Shown here: positions 36,791 to 46,599 of the stretch, piece by piece | Position numbering within the stretch: position 1 is the stretch's first letter | Layout of the letters: each line of letters opens with the position of its first letter | Assembly (NCBI GenBank): GCA_963811025.1 | Contig: CAWEPX010000006.1 | Coordinates: 50,897 to 114,896 of the forward strand | Direction: 5' to 3' | Source of the DNA: an uncultured delta proteobacterium | GTDB lineage: Bacteria > Desulfobacterota > Deferrimicrobia > Deferrimicrobiales > Deferrimicrobiaceae | Length of the DNA stretch: 64,000 nt | Made by a program: the position numbers and the translations under genes | Notes under the pieces: generated by a model | Seen by the model: only the letters and a program-made list of their open reading frames with translations | Databases searched by the model: none | Told to the model about the DNA's origin: nothing

Positions 36791-38701
36791 ATGAGGATTG
36801 AGCCTCACAAGGGTTGTGGTTTGCTCTCCTTCGCGGCCGTTCTTCCGTTCCTCTTCCTTCTGTCGCTGACGATTCCCGGGCGTTGCGTGGCGGAAGACTT
36901 TTTCCCGGGGTACGCCCCCGAGGTGAGATCGCAGGCAGAGCGAGTGGTAGAGGCGGCGGATCCGGGGAAGGATAAGGAGCTGGTGAATGAGGTCCGGCGT
37001 CTTCGGAAGAGGATGTACGCCCACGGGATACTTTCCATTAACGCCATACCGGACCGGGTTTTTCGGCGCGCGGAAAAGGGGGGATGGAAGGATGGAATCG
37101 CATCCCGTTTCCGTGTCATTGCGGAAGTTTCTCCCCTTTCGGTTCAGATGTGGGCCTGGATGGTCAAAGAAGACATTCTCCGCATCCGAATGGGCGAGCT
37201 TGTTTCCGACTTCCAGGGGATGTGGGGGGCGCTTTGGGGATTCGGGCCGGCCCTCCTGGGGCATGCTGCCTTGATAATTTCCTTTGCCGCCGCGACCGCC
37301 TGCTGGTTCGTGGTCTGGATCTCGATGGCCCTGTTCCTGCGGGCGCGCCCTTCTCTGGAGTTGGACATCGCACGGGTCGCCCGGCTCCCCATGCGGGAGT
37401 ACCTTGCCCCCTTGGCAGTCGTCGCAATTTTCCTCCTCCCCCTGGGTGCCGGTCTCGGGCTCGCGGTGGTGGTGTGCTACTGGATGGTGTTTTCGGTGGC
37501 CTATCTGCGACGCGGGGAACTGATGCTGATGACCACTGCGATCCTTCTCCTCGCCTTTCTTCTTCTCGGGGGGAGCATGCTCCACCTATTGCACAGGGTG
37601 ACGGGCGACGCACCGGAAGAAGGATGGCTGGGAGCCGACGGGTATATCCCCCAGCAATGGCCGGCGGAAGCCCGGAAGGGGCATGTTGCGGTAGGGGGCG
37701 CGGCTCCCTACTGGCTGGTCGAGTTTTCCCGGGCGCGCGCGGCGATGCAGGCGGGTGACGACGCGAGGGCGGAACAAATCTGGACGGAGTTGATCGAAGA
37801 GGGGAAGGATCTTGCCGAGGTGCGCAACAACAGGGGAATAACCAGGGCGAAGCAGGGAAGGATAGAGGAAGCCCTGTCCGACTTCGAGTCGGCGGTCGCG
37901 AAGCGGCCCGAGGATGGGTCCGCCCTGTGGAATGCGTACCAGGCGTACCTGCAAATGTTCAACCTGGAACGGGCCAGGCTGATACAGCCCCTGGCGTGGG
38001 ACAGGGTGAGAAAGCTTTCCCCCTTCCGCTTCCACCCCGGGGACATGGAAGCCGGGGAGTGGCTGGCCTCCCCCCTGCCCGTGGACGAACTGATCCGGGT
38101 GATCGGGAATCGGCGGGGAGAACTGTTCGGGAAAGCGGGCGAAGGAGAGTATTACCGGATCTTTTTCCGGCCACTCACTCCGGAAACGGCTCCCTTGTTC
38201 CTCATCCTCGTCTGGCTCTGCTCGGTGCTCTGGAAGTTCCTCTCCCTGCGGGTCTGGGTCCAGACCACCTGCCGGGGGTGCGGCGCGCAGACCCTGGTCG
38301 TGGGAATTCGGGAGGCGACCGATTTCTGCAATATGTGCCATGCGAAAGTCGGCTGGGGAATCCGGGTCGGGGAGGAAAGGGAACGCCGGGCCCTCGGAAT
38401 CCGCATGCACCGGAATTACGTCCGGGCGGCTTCTGTCCTGGTTCCCGGTTCCGGGGGGCTTTGGTCCGGGAAGGAGATCGTGACGATGGTCTACGTCGTC
38501 TTGCTCAGCCTGTCTCTGGCGGGCTTGTCCACCTCCCTCGGCGCCCGGGGGGGGGGCGACATCATTTCCGAGCTTCAGTCGATCGTCGCGCACTGGGCCG
38601 TATTTACCACGGCGATTCTTTGGGCGGCTGGAGCGGCATGGGGGATCCGGTCGTTCGGGAGAATGCAGCGGAGCGTCGGAATTACCGGAGAAAAGAGGTA
38701 A
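36791..38701 (+). CDS. multi-pass membrane protein with a TPR-like central region and a CxxC...CxxC zinc-ribbon-like motif; function unknown
   Basis: 636 aa. N-terminal hydrophobic signal-like segment. TM clusters around residues 150-270 and at the C-terminus. TPR-like ...AEQIWTELIEEGKDLAEVRNNRGITRAKQGRIEEALSDFESAVAKRPEDGSALWNAYQAYLQM. Zinc-ribbon-like CRGCGAQTLVVGIREATDFCNMCH. Start uncertain. Confidence 0.65.
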   Translation: MRIEPHKGCGLLSFAAVLPFLFLLSLTIPGRCVAEDFFPGYAPEVRSQAERVVEAADPGKDKELVNEVRRLRKRMYAHGILSINAIPDRVFRRAEKGGWKDGIASRFRVIAEVSPLSVQMWAWMVKEDILRIRMGELVSDFQGMWGALWGFGPALLGHAALIISFAAATACWFVVWISMALFLRARPSLELDIARVARLPMREYLAPLAVVAIFLLPLGAGLGLAVVVCYWMVFSVAYLRRGELMLMTTAILLLAFLLLGGSMLHLLHRVTGDAPEEGWLGADGYIPQQWPAEARKGHVAVGGAAPYWLVEFSRARAAMQAGDDARAEQIWTELIEEGKDLAEVRNNRGITRAKQGRIEEALSDFESAVAKRPEDGSALWNAYQAYLQMFNLERARLIQPLAWDRVRKLSPFRFHPGDMEAGEWLASPLPVDELIRVIGNRRGELFGKAGEGEYYRIFFRPLTPETAPLFLILVWLCSVLWKFLSLRVWVQTTCRGCGAQTLVVGIREATDFCNMCHAKVGWGIRVGEERERRALGIRMHRNYVRAASVLVPGSGGLWSGKEIVTMVYVVLLSLSLAGLSTSLGARGGGDIISELQSIVAHWAVFTTAILWAAGAAWGIRSFGRMQRSVGITGEKR

Positions 38702-38705
38702 AGGC

Positions 38706-39596
38706 GTGAAGGGAAAGATATCGGATTTCACTATCCCGGAAATCTTCCAGCTGGTGGCAAGCCAGGGGAAGAGCGGCGCGCTTACGATTCGCGGGGACGG
38801 GAGGGAGACGATATTTCTCTTTGCGGACGGGATGATCGTCGACGTGCAACCCGACCGGCATCGGGCCCGGCACGCCCTGCTCGGGAACATGCTGGTGGCG
38901 GCAGGCTACCTGACCGCCCAGGAACTGCCCCGTATTCTCGCCCAGCAGGAACGGGAGAGAAAGAAGATCGGTGAGATTCTGGTGGAGAGGGGGAAGATCT
39001 CCCGGGAAAAGCTTGCCAAATACCTTTATATGCAGGTCAAGGACAGCATCTACTATTCGCTGCGGATCGAGGAAGGCGAGTACCAGTTCGAAGTGTTCGC
39101 CGTTCGTCCCCCTGCGTGGATGGCCTCTTCCCTGCGAGCGGACGTATTGCTCATGGAAGGGATGCAGTTTCTTGACGAATATCCTCAATTGCGCGAGAAA
39201 TTTCCGCCGGGGAAATTCCAGGTAGCCCGGAAACGCGGAGTGCGGATCGACCCGTCGGCCCTGCCCGAGGAGGAAAGGATGGTCTGGAACGCGGTCGATT
39301 ATTCCCCCGACCCGTACCGCGTGTTCCGGAAGGCCTGCATCACCTGGTACGAGGGGCTTCGGGCCTTGTGGGGGCTCTGGGACAGGGGGCTGGTGGAAAT
39401 CTCCGGGTTGGAAGAGGAGGGTCCCGACGCGGGGGACGTGATCCTTCAGAGCATGTCCCGGAAATACGCAATTGGCTGCGGACGTGCGGTGATATGGACA
39501 TTAGCGGCGGTCGTGGCGGGCTCCTGGGTATACACGGTTCTCCTGTCTCCCTCGGTAACCCGCGTCCTGGCCGGATGGGCGAATTTCCTGCGGTAG
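38706..39596 (+). CDS. DUF4388-domain protein with a C-terminal TM helix
   Basis: GTG 38706, 4 nt after the upstream stop. N-terminus MKGKISDFTIPEIFQLVASQGKSGALTIRGDGRETIFLFADGMIVDV matches my recollection of the DUF4388 signature (GxLxxFxLxEllQll....KtGxL). C-terminal hydrophobic VIWTLAAVVAGSWVYTVLL. Confidence 0.7.
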   Translation: MKGKISDFTIPEIFQLVASQGKSGALTIRGDGRETIFLFADGMIVDVQPDRHRARHALLGNMLVAAGYLTAQELPRILAQQERERKKIGEILVERGKISREKLAKYLYMQVKDSIYYSLRIEEGEYQFEVFAVRPPAWMASSLRADVLLMEGMQFLDEYPQLREKFPPGKFQVARKRGVRIDPSALPEEERMVWNAVDYSPDPYRVFRKACITWYEGLRALWGLWDRGLVEISGLEEEGPDAGDVILQSMSRKYAIGCGRAVIWTLAAVVAGSWVYTVLLSPSVTRVLAGWANFLR

Positions 39597-39614
39597 GGAA
39601 GGACGGGAGGACCG

Positions 39615-40592
39615 ATGGAACCGAACATCCCGGAAAAGCACACGGTACGCTTCGACGATCCGGCGGTGCTTGCGAACCTGTTCGGCAGCCACGACGACCA
39701 TCTGAAAATCGTGGAACAGTCTCTTGGGGTCACGATCCTCCCGAAGGGTAACGTGGTGACCATGACAGGCGACCCGCTCCAGGTGGAGCTGTCGGAAAAG
39801 GTCCTGACGGGGCTGTACCGGGTTATCCGCAAGGGAATCCCCATCACGTCCAACGACGTTGTGGCCGCGGTCAAGATTGTCCGGTCGGACCGGAACGCGG
39901 AGGTCGCGAGCATATTCGAGGATGTGGTGTTCAAATCCTCCCGCAACAAGGTCATCACACCCAAAAGCGTTGCGCAGAAAAAATATCTCGACGCTATCCG
40001 TGATTTCGACATCGTTTTCGGCGTCGGTCCCGCCGGAACAGGCAAGACTTTCCTCGCCATGACGATGGCGGTGGCGTTCCTGCTGCGAAAGGAGGTCAAA
40101 CGGATCATCCTCGCGCGCCCGGCGGTCGAGGCGGGGGAGAAGCTCGGGTTCCTCCCGGGCGACATGGCCGAGAAGGTCAACCCCTATTTGCGGCCCCTGC
40201 ACGACGCCCTGTACACGATGCTCGAGTACGAACAGGCGGGCAGGATGATGGAGAGGGGAGTCATCGAGGTCGCTCCGCTGGCGTTCATGCGGGGAAGGAC
40301 GCTCAACGACTCCTTCGTGATCCTCGACGAGGCGCAGAACACCACGTCCGAGCAGATGAAGATGTTCCTGACGCGGATCGGATTCGGCTCCAAGGCAGTG
40401 ATCACGGGGGATATCACCCAGACGGACCTTCCCTCGGGTCGCATCTCCGGGTTGAAAGAATCACTTTCTCTTCTGAGAGGGGTGGAGGGGATAGAGTTCT
40501 GCTGGTTTACCGAGATCGATGTGGTCAGGCATCCCATCGTCCAGGAAATCATCAAGGCCTATGACCGATACGAAAAGCGGAGCCAGGAATAA
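39615..40592 (+). CDS. phoH: PhoH-like ATPase (YbeZ family)
   Basis: ...PKSVAQKKYLDAIRDFDIVFGVGPAGTGKTFLAMTMAV (Walker A) ...IILARPAVEAGEKLGFLPGDMAEKVNPYLRPLHDAL...FMRGRTLNDSFVILDEAQNTT.EQMKMFLTRIGFGSKAVITGDITQ.DLP. Confidence 0.93.
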   Translation: MEPNIPEKHTVRFDDPAVLANLFGSHDDHLKIVEQSLGVTILPKGNVVTMTGDPLQVELSEKVLTGLYRVIRKGIPITSNDVVAAVKIVRSDRNAEVASIFEDVVFKSSRNKVITPKSVAQKKYLDAIRDFDIVFGVGPAGTGKTFLAMTMAVAFLLRKEVKRIILARPAVEAGEKLGFLPGDMAEKVNPYLRPLHDALYTMLEYEQAGRMMERGVIEVAPLAFMRGRTLNDSFVILDEAQNTTSEQMKMFLTRIGFGSKAVITGDITQTDLPSGRISGLKESLSLLRGVEGIEFCWFTEIDVVRHPIVQEIIKAYDRYEKRSQE

Positions 40593-40635
40593 CAAGACTT
40601 CCGGTCTCGCGGGACACCCGGGTGGGCCGGATCCG

Positions 40636-41109
40636 GTGCCCCGGTCAGCCCCCCGGTACCGGGTCAGCATCCGGCAGGACGTGCGGCCTACCCCCTTCCA
40701 CGGGGATCTTCTCCGTCGACTCGTCCGCAGGGCCTTGACGGTCCTGGCGGTGGAGGGAGCGGACCTTCGTATCCTGGTGGTGGAAGACGCGGAAATGGAG
40801 CGGTGCAACCGGACGTTCTTCGGGCGCGCGGGGACGACGACCGTGATCTCCTTTCCCGAGGACGATCCGGAAAGGGCGCCCCCCTCCCGGATCGCGGGGG
40901 ACATTCTTCTTTCCGCGCGGGCCTGCCTTTACCGTACAAAGAGTTGGCCGTGCTCGGAGGAGGAGAAGGTCTTTTACTTTATCGTCCATGGCATGCTCCA
41001 CCTTCTCGGACACGATCACGAAAAGGGGAAAACAGGAGCCGCCCGAATGCGCAGGGAGGAAGTCCGGGTGTATCGCTCCTGCCTGAAAGAGGGGAGAAGC
41101 CCCATTTGA
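40636..41109 (+). CDS. ybeY: rRNA maturation endoribonuclease YbeY
   Basis: ...EDAEMERCNRTFFGRAGTTTVISFP... and the zinc motif FYFIVHGMLHLLGHDHE. phoH-ybeY synteny. Start (GTG 40636) is uncertain. Confidence 0.8.
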   Translation: MPRSAPRYRVSIRQDVRPTPFHGDLLRRLVRRALTVLAVEGADLRILVVEDAEMERCNRTFFGRAGTTTVISFPEDDPERAPPSRIAGDILLSARACLYRTKSWPCSEEEKVFYFIVHGMLHLLGHDHEKGKTGAARMRREEVRVYRSCLKEGRSPI

Positions 41110-42701
41110 AAGGTGTCTTTACGGCAGAGAACGCCGGGGATTTCCCTGCCTTGAAAAGCTCCGTGCGGACGACGGTTTTGCTTGGCGCGGCATTTTCCGC
41201 CCTGTATGCGGCGGGAATGCCGGGTTATGACGTTCCGGGACTTCCCTTCGTGTGCCTCGTTCCACTCCTTATCCTGTCCACGACCTCCGTCAACGCCCGG
41301 CAGGCCGCGCGAAGGGGGTTTTTCGCGGGCACCCTTGCGCATCTTCTTCTCTTTTACTGGATCGCCTACACGTTGGCCGTGCAGGGAAACCTGGGATGGT
41401 TTCTGGGGAGCGTTGCCGCCCTGCTAGTCTCGGCCTATCTCGGCGTCTACGTCTCTCTCGCGGCGATGATCGCCCACCGTCTCCGGCGACGGTTCGGGAT
41501 CGCGGGATTGTGGGGGTTCCCCACAGCATGGGTGTGCGTCGAGTACGGGAGGTCCGTCCTGTTCACGGGGTTTCCCTGGATGCTTCTCGGCTATGGACTC
41601 TCCGGTCATTCCCTGCTGCGGCAGGCGGCCGACCTGGCCGGCGTCTTCGGGCTGGGGTTTCTCCTGGCAACCGTGAACGTCTGTCTGTACATGGCTGGCG
41701 CGAGAATTGCCCATGGAAACAGGAAGGGTGCCCTCTATTCCATCACCGGGGCGACTGCCGTCGTCGGAATTCTCTTCGCATATGGCGCCGCGAAAACGCC
41801 GGGGGACCGGAGCGGACACCCCGACCCAGTCGTCCGGGTGGGAATCGCACAGGGGGCAATCGACCAGTCGGTCAAGTGGGATCCCGAGCACCAGAAGACA
41901 ACGCTCGATATCTACGGGACGCTGACCCGGGAGGCGGCGGAGAAGGGGGCGGAGGTCGTCGTATGGCCGGAGACGGCTGCCCCGTTCTTCTACGGATGGG
42001 AACCGGAAATGAGCGCAGTGGTGGATGCCGCGGCCTATGAGAACCATGTTCCGATCATCTTCGGCGCTCCCTGGTTCGACCCGTCCGAAGGGGGGAAATA
42101 CTACAACAGCGTGTTCCTCGTCGGAAAAAGGGGGATCGCGGAGGGGAGGTACGACAAGAGACACCTCGTTCCGTTCGGGGAATATATCCCCCTCCGGCGC
42201 ATCCTCTTCTTCCTCCGGAAGTTGACGGAGGGAGAGGAGGATTTCTCCGCGGGGAAGGATCCGGCGCTGTTCGTCGTCCTGGGGGAACACGTCGGGGCGT
42301 CCGTCTGTTACGAGGCGGTCTTCCCGGGGATTCTCCGGGAAAGCGTCCGCGAGGGCGCGAGGTGGCTGGTGAACGTCACCAACGATTCCTGGTTCGGGGA
42401 CACGGTAGCGCCCTACCAGCACCTCGCCATGGCAAGGATGAGGTCCGTGGAACTGCGAAGGCCGATGGTGCGGGCGGCGAACGCAGGGATTAGCGCCGTC
42501 ATAGACGAGCGGGGAGAGATAGTGGCGGAACTGGGGCTCTTCCGCAGGGGGATCCTCATGGGAACGATCCATCCGCGCGGGGGGGAGACGCTATATGTGA
42601 AATCGGGTGATGTATTCGCAAAATCTTGTACTATAATAACTTTTTTACTATTGATGATTCCCGGGAGAGGAACCTATGGCCGTAGGAATTCTGGCAGATA
42701 A
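41106..42701 (+). CDS. lnt: apolipoprotein N-acyltransferase
   Basis: TTG 41106 overlaps the ybeY TGA (TTGA). Multi-TM N-terminal half. Nitrilase-type C-terminal half ...VVRVGIAQGAIDQSVKWDPE...EVVVWPETAAPFF...YNSVFLV...YDKRHLVPFGEYIP...VGASVCYEAVFP...LVNVTNDSWFGDT.APYQHLAMARMRSVE..RPMVRAANAGIS. Confidence 0.9.
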   Translation: MKGVFTAENAGDFPALKSSVRTTVLLGAAFSALYAAGMPGYDVPGLPFVCLVPLLILSTTSVNARQAARRGFFAGTLAHLLLFYWIAYTLAVQGNLGWFLGSVAALLVSAYLGVYVSLAAMIAHRLRRRFGIAGLWGFPTAWVCVEYGRSVLFTGFPWMLLGYGLSGHSLLRQAADLAGVFGLGFLLATVNVCLYMAGARIAHGNRKGALYSITGATAVVGILFAYGAAKTPGDRSGHPDPVVRVGIAQGAIDQSVKWDPEHQKTTLDIYGTLTREAAEKGAEVVVWPETAAPFFYGWEPEMSAVVDAAAYENHVPIIFGAPWFDPSEGGKYYNSVFLVGKRGIAEGRYDKRHLVPFGEYIPLRRILFFLRKLTEGEEDFSAGKDPALFVVLGEHVGASVCYEAVFPGILRESVREGARWLVNVTNDSWFGDTVAPYQHLAMARMRSVELRRPMVRAANAGISAVIDERGEIVAELGLFRRGILMGTIHPRGGETLYVKSGDVFAKSCTIITFLLLMIPGRGTYGRRNSGR

Positions 42702-43798
42702 AACCGCCTCGATGGCATCCCGCTTCGACGATCTTCGGGGCTATCTTTGAGGTAGAACGCAAACAGGCACGCCTGGCCGAACTCGAGGCGGCAACATCGA
42801 AGGAAGGGCTGTGGGATTCCCCCGAAAAGGCGGAATCGCTGCTGAAAGAGAGCAAGGTCCTGGAGACGGTCCTGACGAAATGGGCCGACATCGCGAAATC
42901 CCTGGAGGATCTCCGCGCGTACCTCGAGCTCTATGAGGAGACGCAGGATCCTTCCCTCGCCGCCGAGATCGAGCAGGAAGCCGATTCCCTGTCGGTACGC
43001 CTCGACGAAATGGAGATGGAACGGATGCTCGGGGGGGAGAACGACGACAGGAATGCGATCGTAACGATCCACGCCGGCGCCGGAGGAACGGAGTCCCAGG
43101 ACTGGGCGGAGATGCTTCTCCGGATGTATACCCATTTCGTCGACAGGAACGGGTTCGACGCCGAGGTCATCGAGCGACAGCCGGGGGAAGACGCGGGGAT
43201 CAAGAGCGTAACATTGCTCGTGTCGGGGATTCATCCGTACGGATACCTGAAAGCGGAAAGCGGCGTGCACCGGCTCGTGCGAATATCCCCGTTCGATGCA
43301 AACAAGAGACGGCACACGTCGTTCGCGTCCGTTTTCGTATCGCCCGAAATCGACGACGATGTGCAGATCCAGATCAACGAGTCGGACCTGAGAATCGACA
43401 CTCTCCGCTCGAGCGGGGCCGGGGGCCAGCACGTCAACAAGGTCGAGTCCGCGGTCCGGATCACCCACGAGCCGACAGGGGTCACGGTGCTCTGCCAACA
43501 GGAACGGTCGCAGCACAAGAACCGCGCGATGGCGATGAAGATCCTCCGCTCGAAACTGTACGAGCTCGAAATGCGCCAGCGGGCGGAAAAGGCAGTGGAG
43601 GCGCACAAGTCGAAAAAGGACATCGCCTGGGGATCACAGATCCGGTCCTACGTCCTCGCCCCCTACCGCATGGTGAAGGACCACCGGACCGGGCACGAGA
43701 CAGGAAACGTGGACGCCGTCCTGGACGGCGATATCATCGCATTCATCCGGAAATATCTTCTTGTGGCGGGTGCGCAGGGCGAACAGCGCTCCGCGTAA
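42676..43798 (+). CDS. prfB: peptide chain release factor 2, requiring the programmed +1 frameshift (42676-42747 joined to 42749-43798)
   Basis: ORF0 is MAVGILADKTASMASRFDDLRGYL followed by in-frame TGA (42748-42750). The +1 frame continues EVERKQARLAELEAATSKEGLWDSPEKAESLL...RSSGAGGQHVNKVESAVRITH (GGQ motif)... The 24 sense codons before the shift site are typical. Confidence 0.92.
42735..42751 (+). other. prfB programmed +1 ribosomal frameshift site (internal SD-like GGGG, then TAT CTT TGA G)
   Basis: Sequence tcGGGGcTATCTTTGAg. Compare my recollection of the E. coli site, AGGGGGTATCTTTGAC. The slippery CTT-T is followed by a UGA stop. Confidence 0.88.
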
Positions 43799-43877
43799 CC
43801 GGAATACGCGCGACAGCGCGCCGGGAAGGGACGGAGGTCCCCGGGAATCCGGCGAAAAAGAAACGGAGGAGGCCTGC

Positions 43878-45357
43878 GTGACGGAAGAATGGAACGACCT
43901 CGTCAGGGAACGGATGCGGAAAGCGGACGAGGTCCGGCGGCGGGGCAGGAATCCTTATACGAATGACCAGCGGGTGGGGGGGACGACGGCAGACGCAATT
44001 CGTGCCGCGGAAGGCAAAGAACTGGCGAAAGAGGAGATCCGGGTCGATATCGCCGGTCGGGTCGTTGCCGAGCGGAACTTCGGGAAAGCGGCGTTCCTTG
44101 TGATCGCCGACCGGGCAGGAAAGCTGCAGGTGTACCTGAAGCGGGACAGGATCGGCGAGGAGGAGTACACCCTGTTCCGGGAAACGATGGACATCGGGGA
44201 CATCGTCTGGGTCGAAGGGCCTCTTTTTCTTACGCGTACGGGAGAGCTGACCGTACAGGCGGAGTCGCTTCCGCCTCCTTACCAAGTCCTTAAGGCCCCT
44301 TCCCGAAAAGTGGCACGGTCTTTCGGACGTGGAAACCCGCTACCGGCAGAGGTACGTCGACCTGATCGTGAACGAAGGGGTGCGGGATCTTTTCCGGCGC
44401 CGAAGCCAGATCATCTCGTTTCTTCGGGATTTTCTGGTATCGCGGGATTTCCTCGAGGTGGAGACCCCGATGATGCATCCGATTGCAGGGGGAGCGGCCG
44501 CCCGCCCGTTCGTCACCCACCACAATGCCCTGGACATGGAGTTGTTCCTGCGGATCGCCCCCGAGCTGTATCTCAAGCGTCTCCTCGTGGGGGGGATTGA
44601 GCGTGTTTTCGAAATCAACCGGAACTTCCGGAACGAGGGGATTTCCACGCAGCACAACCCGGAGTTCACGATGCTCGAGTTCTACCAGGCGTATGCGACC
44701 TACGAGGATTTCATGGGACTGACGGAGGAAATGCTGTCCACCCTCGCGGTTTCCCTCTTCGGCAGGACGACCGTTACCGTGCAGGGGGAGACGATCGACT
44801 TCGCCCCCCCCTGGGAAAGGATGACGGTCGCCGGAGCGGTCGCAAGATACGGGAACGTGGCGGAGGAACGGCTTTCCGACCCGGCCTTCCTCGGGGAGAT
44901 GGCCCGGGGGCTGGGGCTTCCCGTGGAAGAGAATGTTCCCGCGGGCGCGCTTCTGGCCTCTCTCTTCGAGGAGGTGGCCGAGCCGAAGATAAAAGGGCCC
45001 GCCTTCGTCACGGAGTACCCCATCGAGGTATCGCCTCTGTCCCGTGCGTCCGATTCCCGCCCCGGGGTCGTGGACCGGTTCGAGCTGATCGTCAGGGGAA
45101 GGGAGATTGCCAACGCGTTTTCGGAGCTGAACGACCCCCGGGAGCAGAGGCGACGGTTCGAGGAGCAGCGAGAGGCCCGTGAAAGGGGGGACGAGGAGGC
45201 GCACGCGATGGACGAAGACTTCCTCCGCGCACTCGAATACGGGATGCCCCCGGCGGCGGGCGAGGGAATCGGGATCGACCGTCTGGTGATGCTCCTCACC
45301 GACTCTCCTTCCATCCGGGAGGTCATCCTGTTCCCGCAGCTCCGGAAGGAAGGGTAG
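43878..45357 (+). CDS. lysS: lysyl-tRNA synthetase, class II (one apparent +1 frameshift near 44271-44272)
   Basis: GTG 43878 after GGAGGAGG. Frame 1: ...[38 protein letters not shown]...[13 protein letters not shown]. Frame 2: [35 protein letters not shown]...[21 protein letters not shown]...[21 protein letters not shown]...[23 protein letters not shown]. Confidence 0.92.
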
Positions 45358-45363
45358 CGCAGG

Positions 45364-46599
45364 GTGACCCTCCCGGTCGAATACTTCATCGGCCTGAAAT
45401 ACCTCCTGGCCAAGCGGAAGCAGACGTTCATCTCCATCATCACCGTGATCTCGGTTTCGGGCGTGGCGATCGGGGTGATGGCCCTCATCATCGTCCTTGC
45501 CGTGATGAACGGTTTCGAGAGAGAGGTGAAAGACCGGATACTCGGAGCCACCGCGCACGTACACGTGACCAGCCTGGAGGGAAGTGTCTCGGACCCCTTT
45601 GCCCTCGCCCGGCGGGTCGACGCGATGGATGGAGTCGTTGCGGCGAGCCCGTACCTGTTCTCCCAGGTGATGATCTCCTCGGGCACCGCGTCCACGGGGG
45701 CAATCCTGCGGGGCGTGGACATTCCCACCGTCGGGAAGGTGACGCGGCTTCCCCGGGACATACGGAAAGGAAAGCTTGAGGACCTAGCGAAAAAGACGCC
45801 TTCGGGTCTGCCGGGGATCATCCTCGGGAAGGAGCTTGCCGCCAACCTGGACGTTTCGCCCGGAGACCTCGTGGAGATCCTGGTACCCGGGGGAAACATC
45901 ACCCCGATGGGAGCGTTTCCGGGCATCGCGCGCTTCCGGGTGGCGGGTCTTTCCGAATCGGGGATGTACGAGTACGACTCCTCTTTCGCCTACGTATCCC
46001 TTGCAGAGGCGGGCAGGCTCATGGGGATGGAAGGGCGGGCCACCGGGCTCGAAGTGAAGGTCGACGACATCTACCAGGCGGGACGGATCGCGACCCGAAT
46101 CCGGGAAGCGCTCGGCTACCCCTACTGGGCTAAGGACTGGATGCAGAGCAACCGGAACCTGTTCTCGGCGTTGAAGCTGGAGAAGGTGGTCATGTTCATC
46201 ATACTCGTCCTGATCGTGATGGTCGCCGCATTCAACATAATCAGCACGCTCATCATGGTCGTCATGGACAAGACCAGGGACATCGCCGTTCTCATGACGT
46301 TGGGCGCAACGCGAAAGATGGTCCGCAAGATCTTTGCGCTCGAGGGGCTCCTGATCGGCCTGGCCGGAACCGTCGCGGGATCGGTCCTGGGTACGCTTCT
46401 GTGCTTTCTCCTTCGCCGGTACGAGTTCATCCGGCTGCCGAGCGACGTGTACTACATCTCCACCCTGCCGGTGGATCTTTCCCCGGGAATCCTGATCCTC
46501 GTCGGAGCAAGCTCGATCCTGATCTGTTTTCTCGCCACCCTGTACCCGTCGAGGCAGGCTTCCCTCATCGATCCCGCGGAGGCGATCCGGTATGAATAG
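45364..46599 (+). CDS. lipoprotein-releasing ABC transporter permease, LolC/LolE family
   Basis: (GTG) MTLPVEYFIGLKYLLAKRKQTFISIITVISVSGVAIGVMALIIVLAVMNGFEREVKDRILG... FtsX-type C-terminal 3-TM bundle ...VMFIILVLIVMVAAFNIISTLIMVVMDKTRDIAVLMTLGAT. Confidence 0.88.
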   Translation: MTLPVEYFIGLKYLLAKRKQTFISIITVISVSGVAIGVMALIIVLAVMNGFEREVKDRILGATAHVHVTSLEGSVSDPFALARRVDAMDGVVAASPYLFSQVMISSGTASTGAILRGVDIPTVGKVTRLPRDIRKGKLEDLAKKTPSGLPGIILGKELAANLDVSPGDLVEILVPGGNITPMGAFPGIARFRVAGLSESGMYEYDSSFAYVSLAEAGRLMGMEGRATGLEVKVDDIYQAGRIATRIREALGYPYWAKDWMQSNRNLFSALKLEKVVMFIILVLIVMVAAFNIISTLIMVVMDKTRDIAVLMTLGATRKMVRKIFALEGLLIGLAGTVAGSVLGTLLCFLLRRYEFIRLPSDVYYISTLPVDLSPGILILVGASSILICFLATLYPSRQASLIDPAEAIRYE

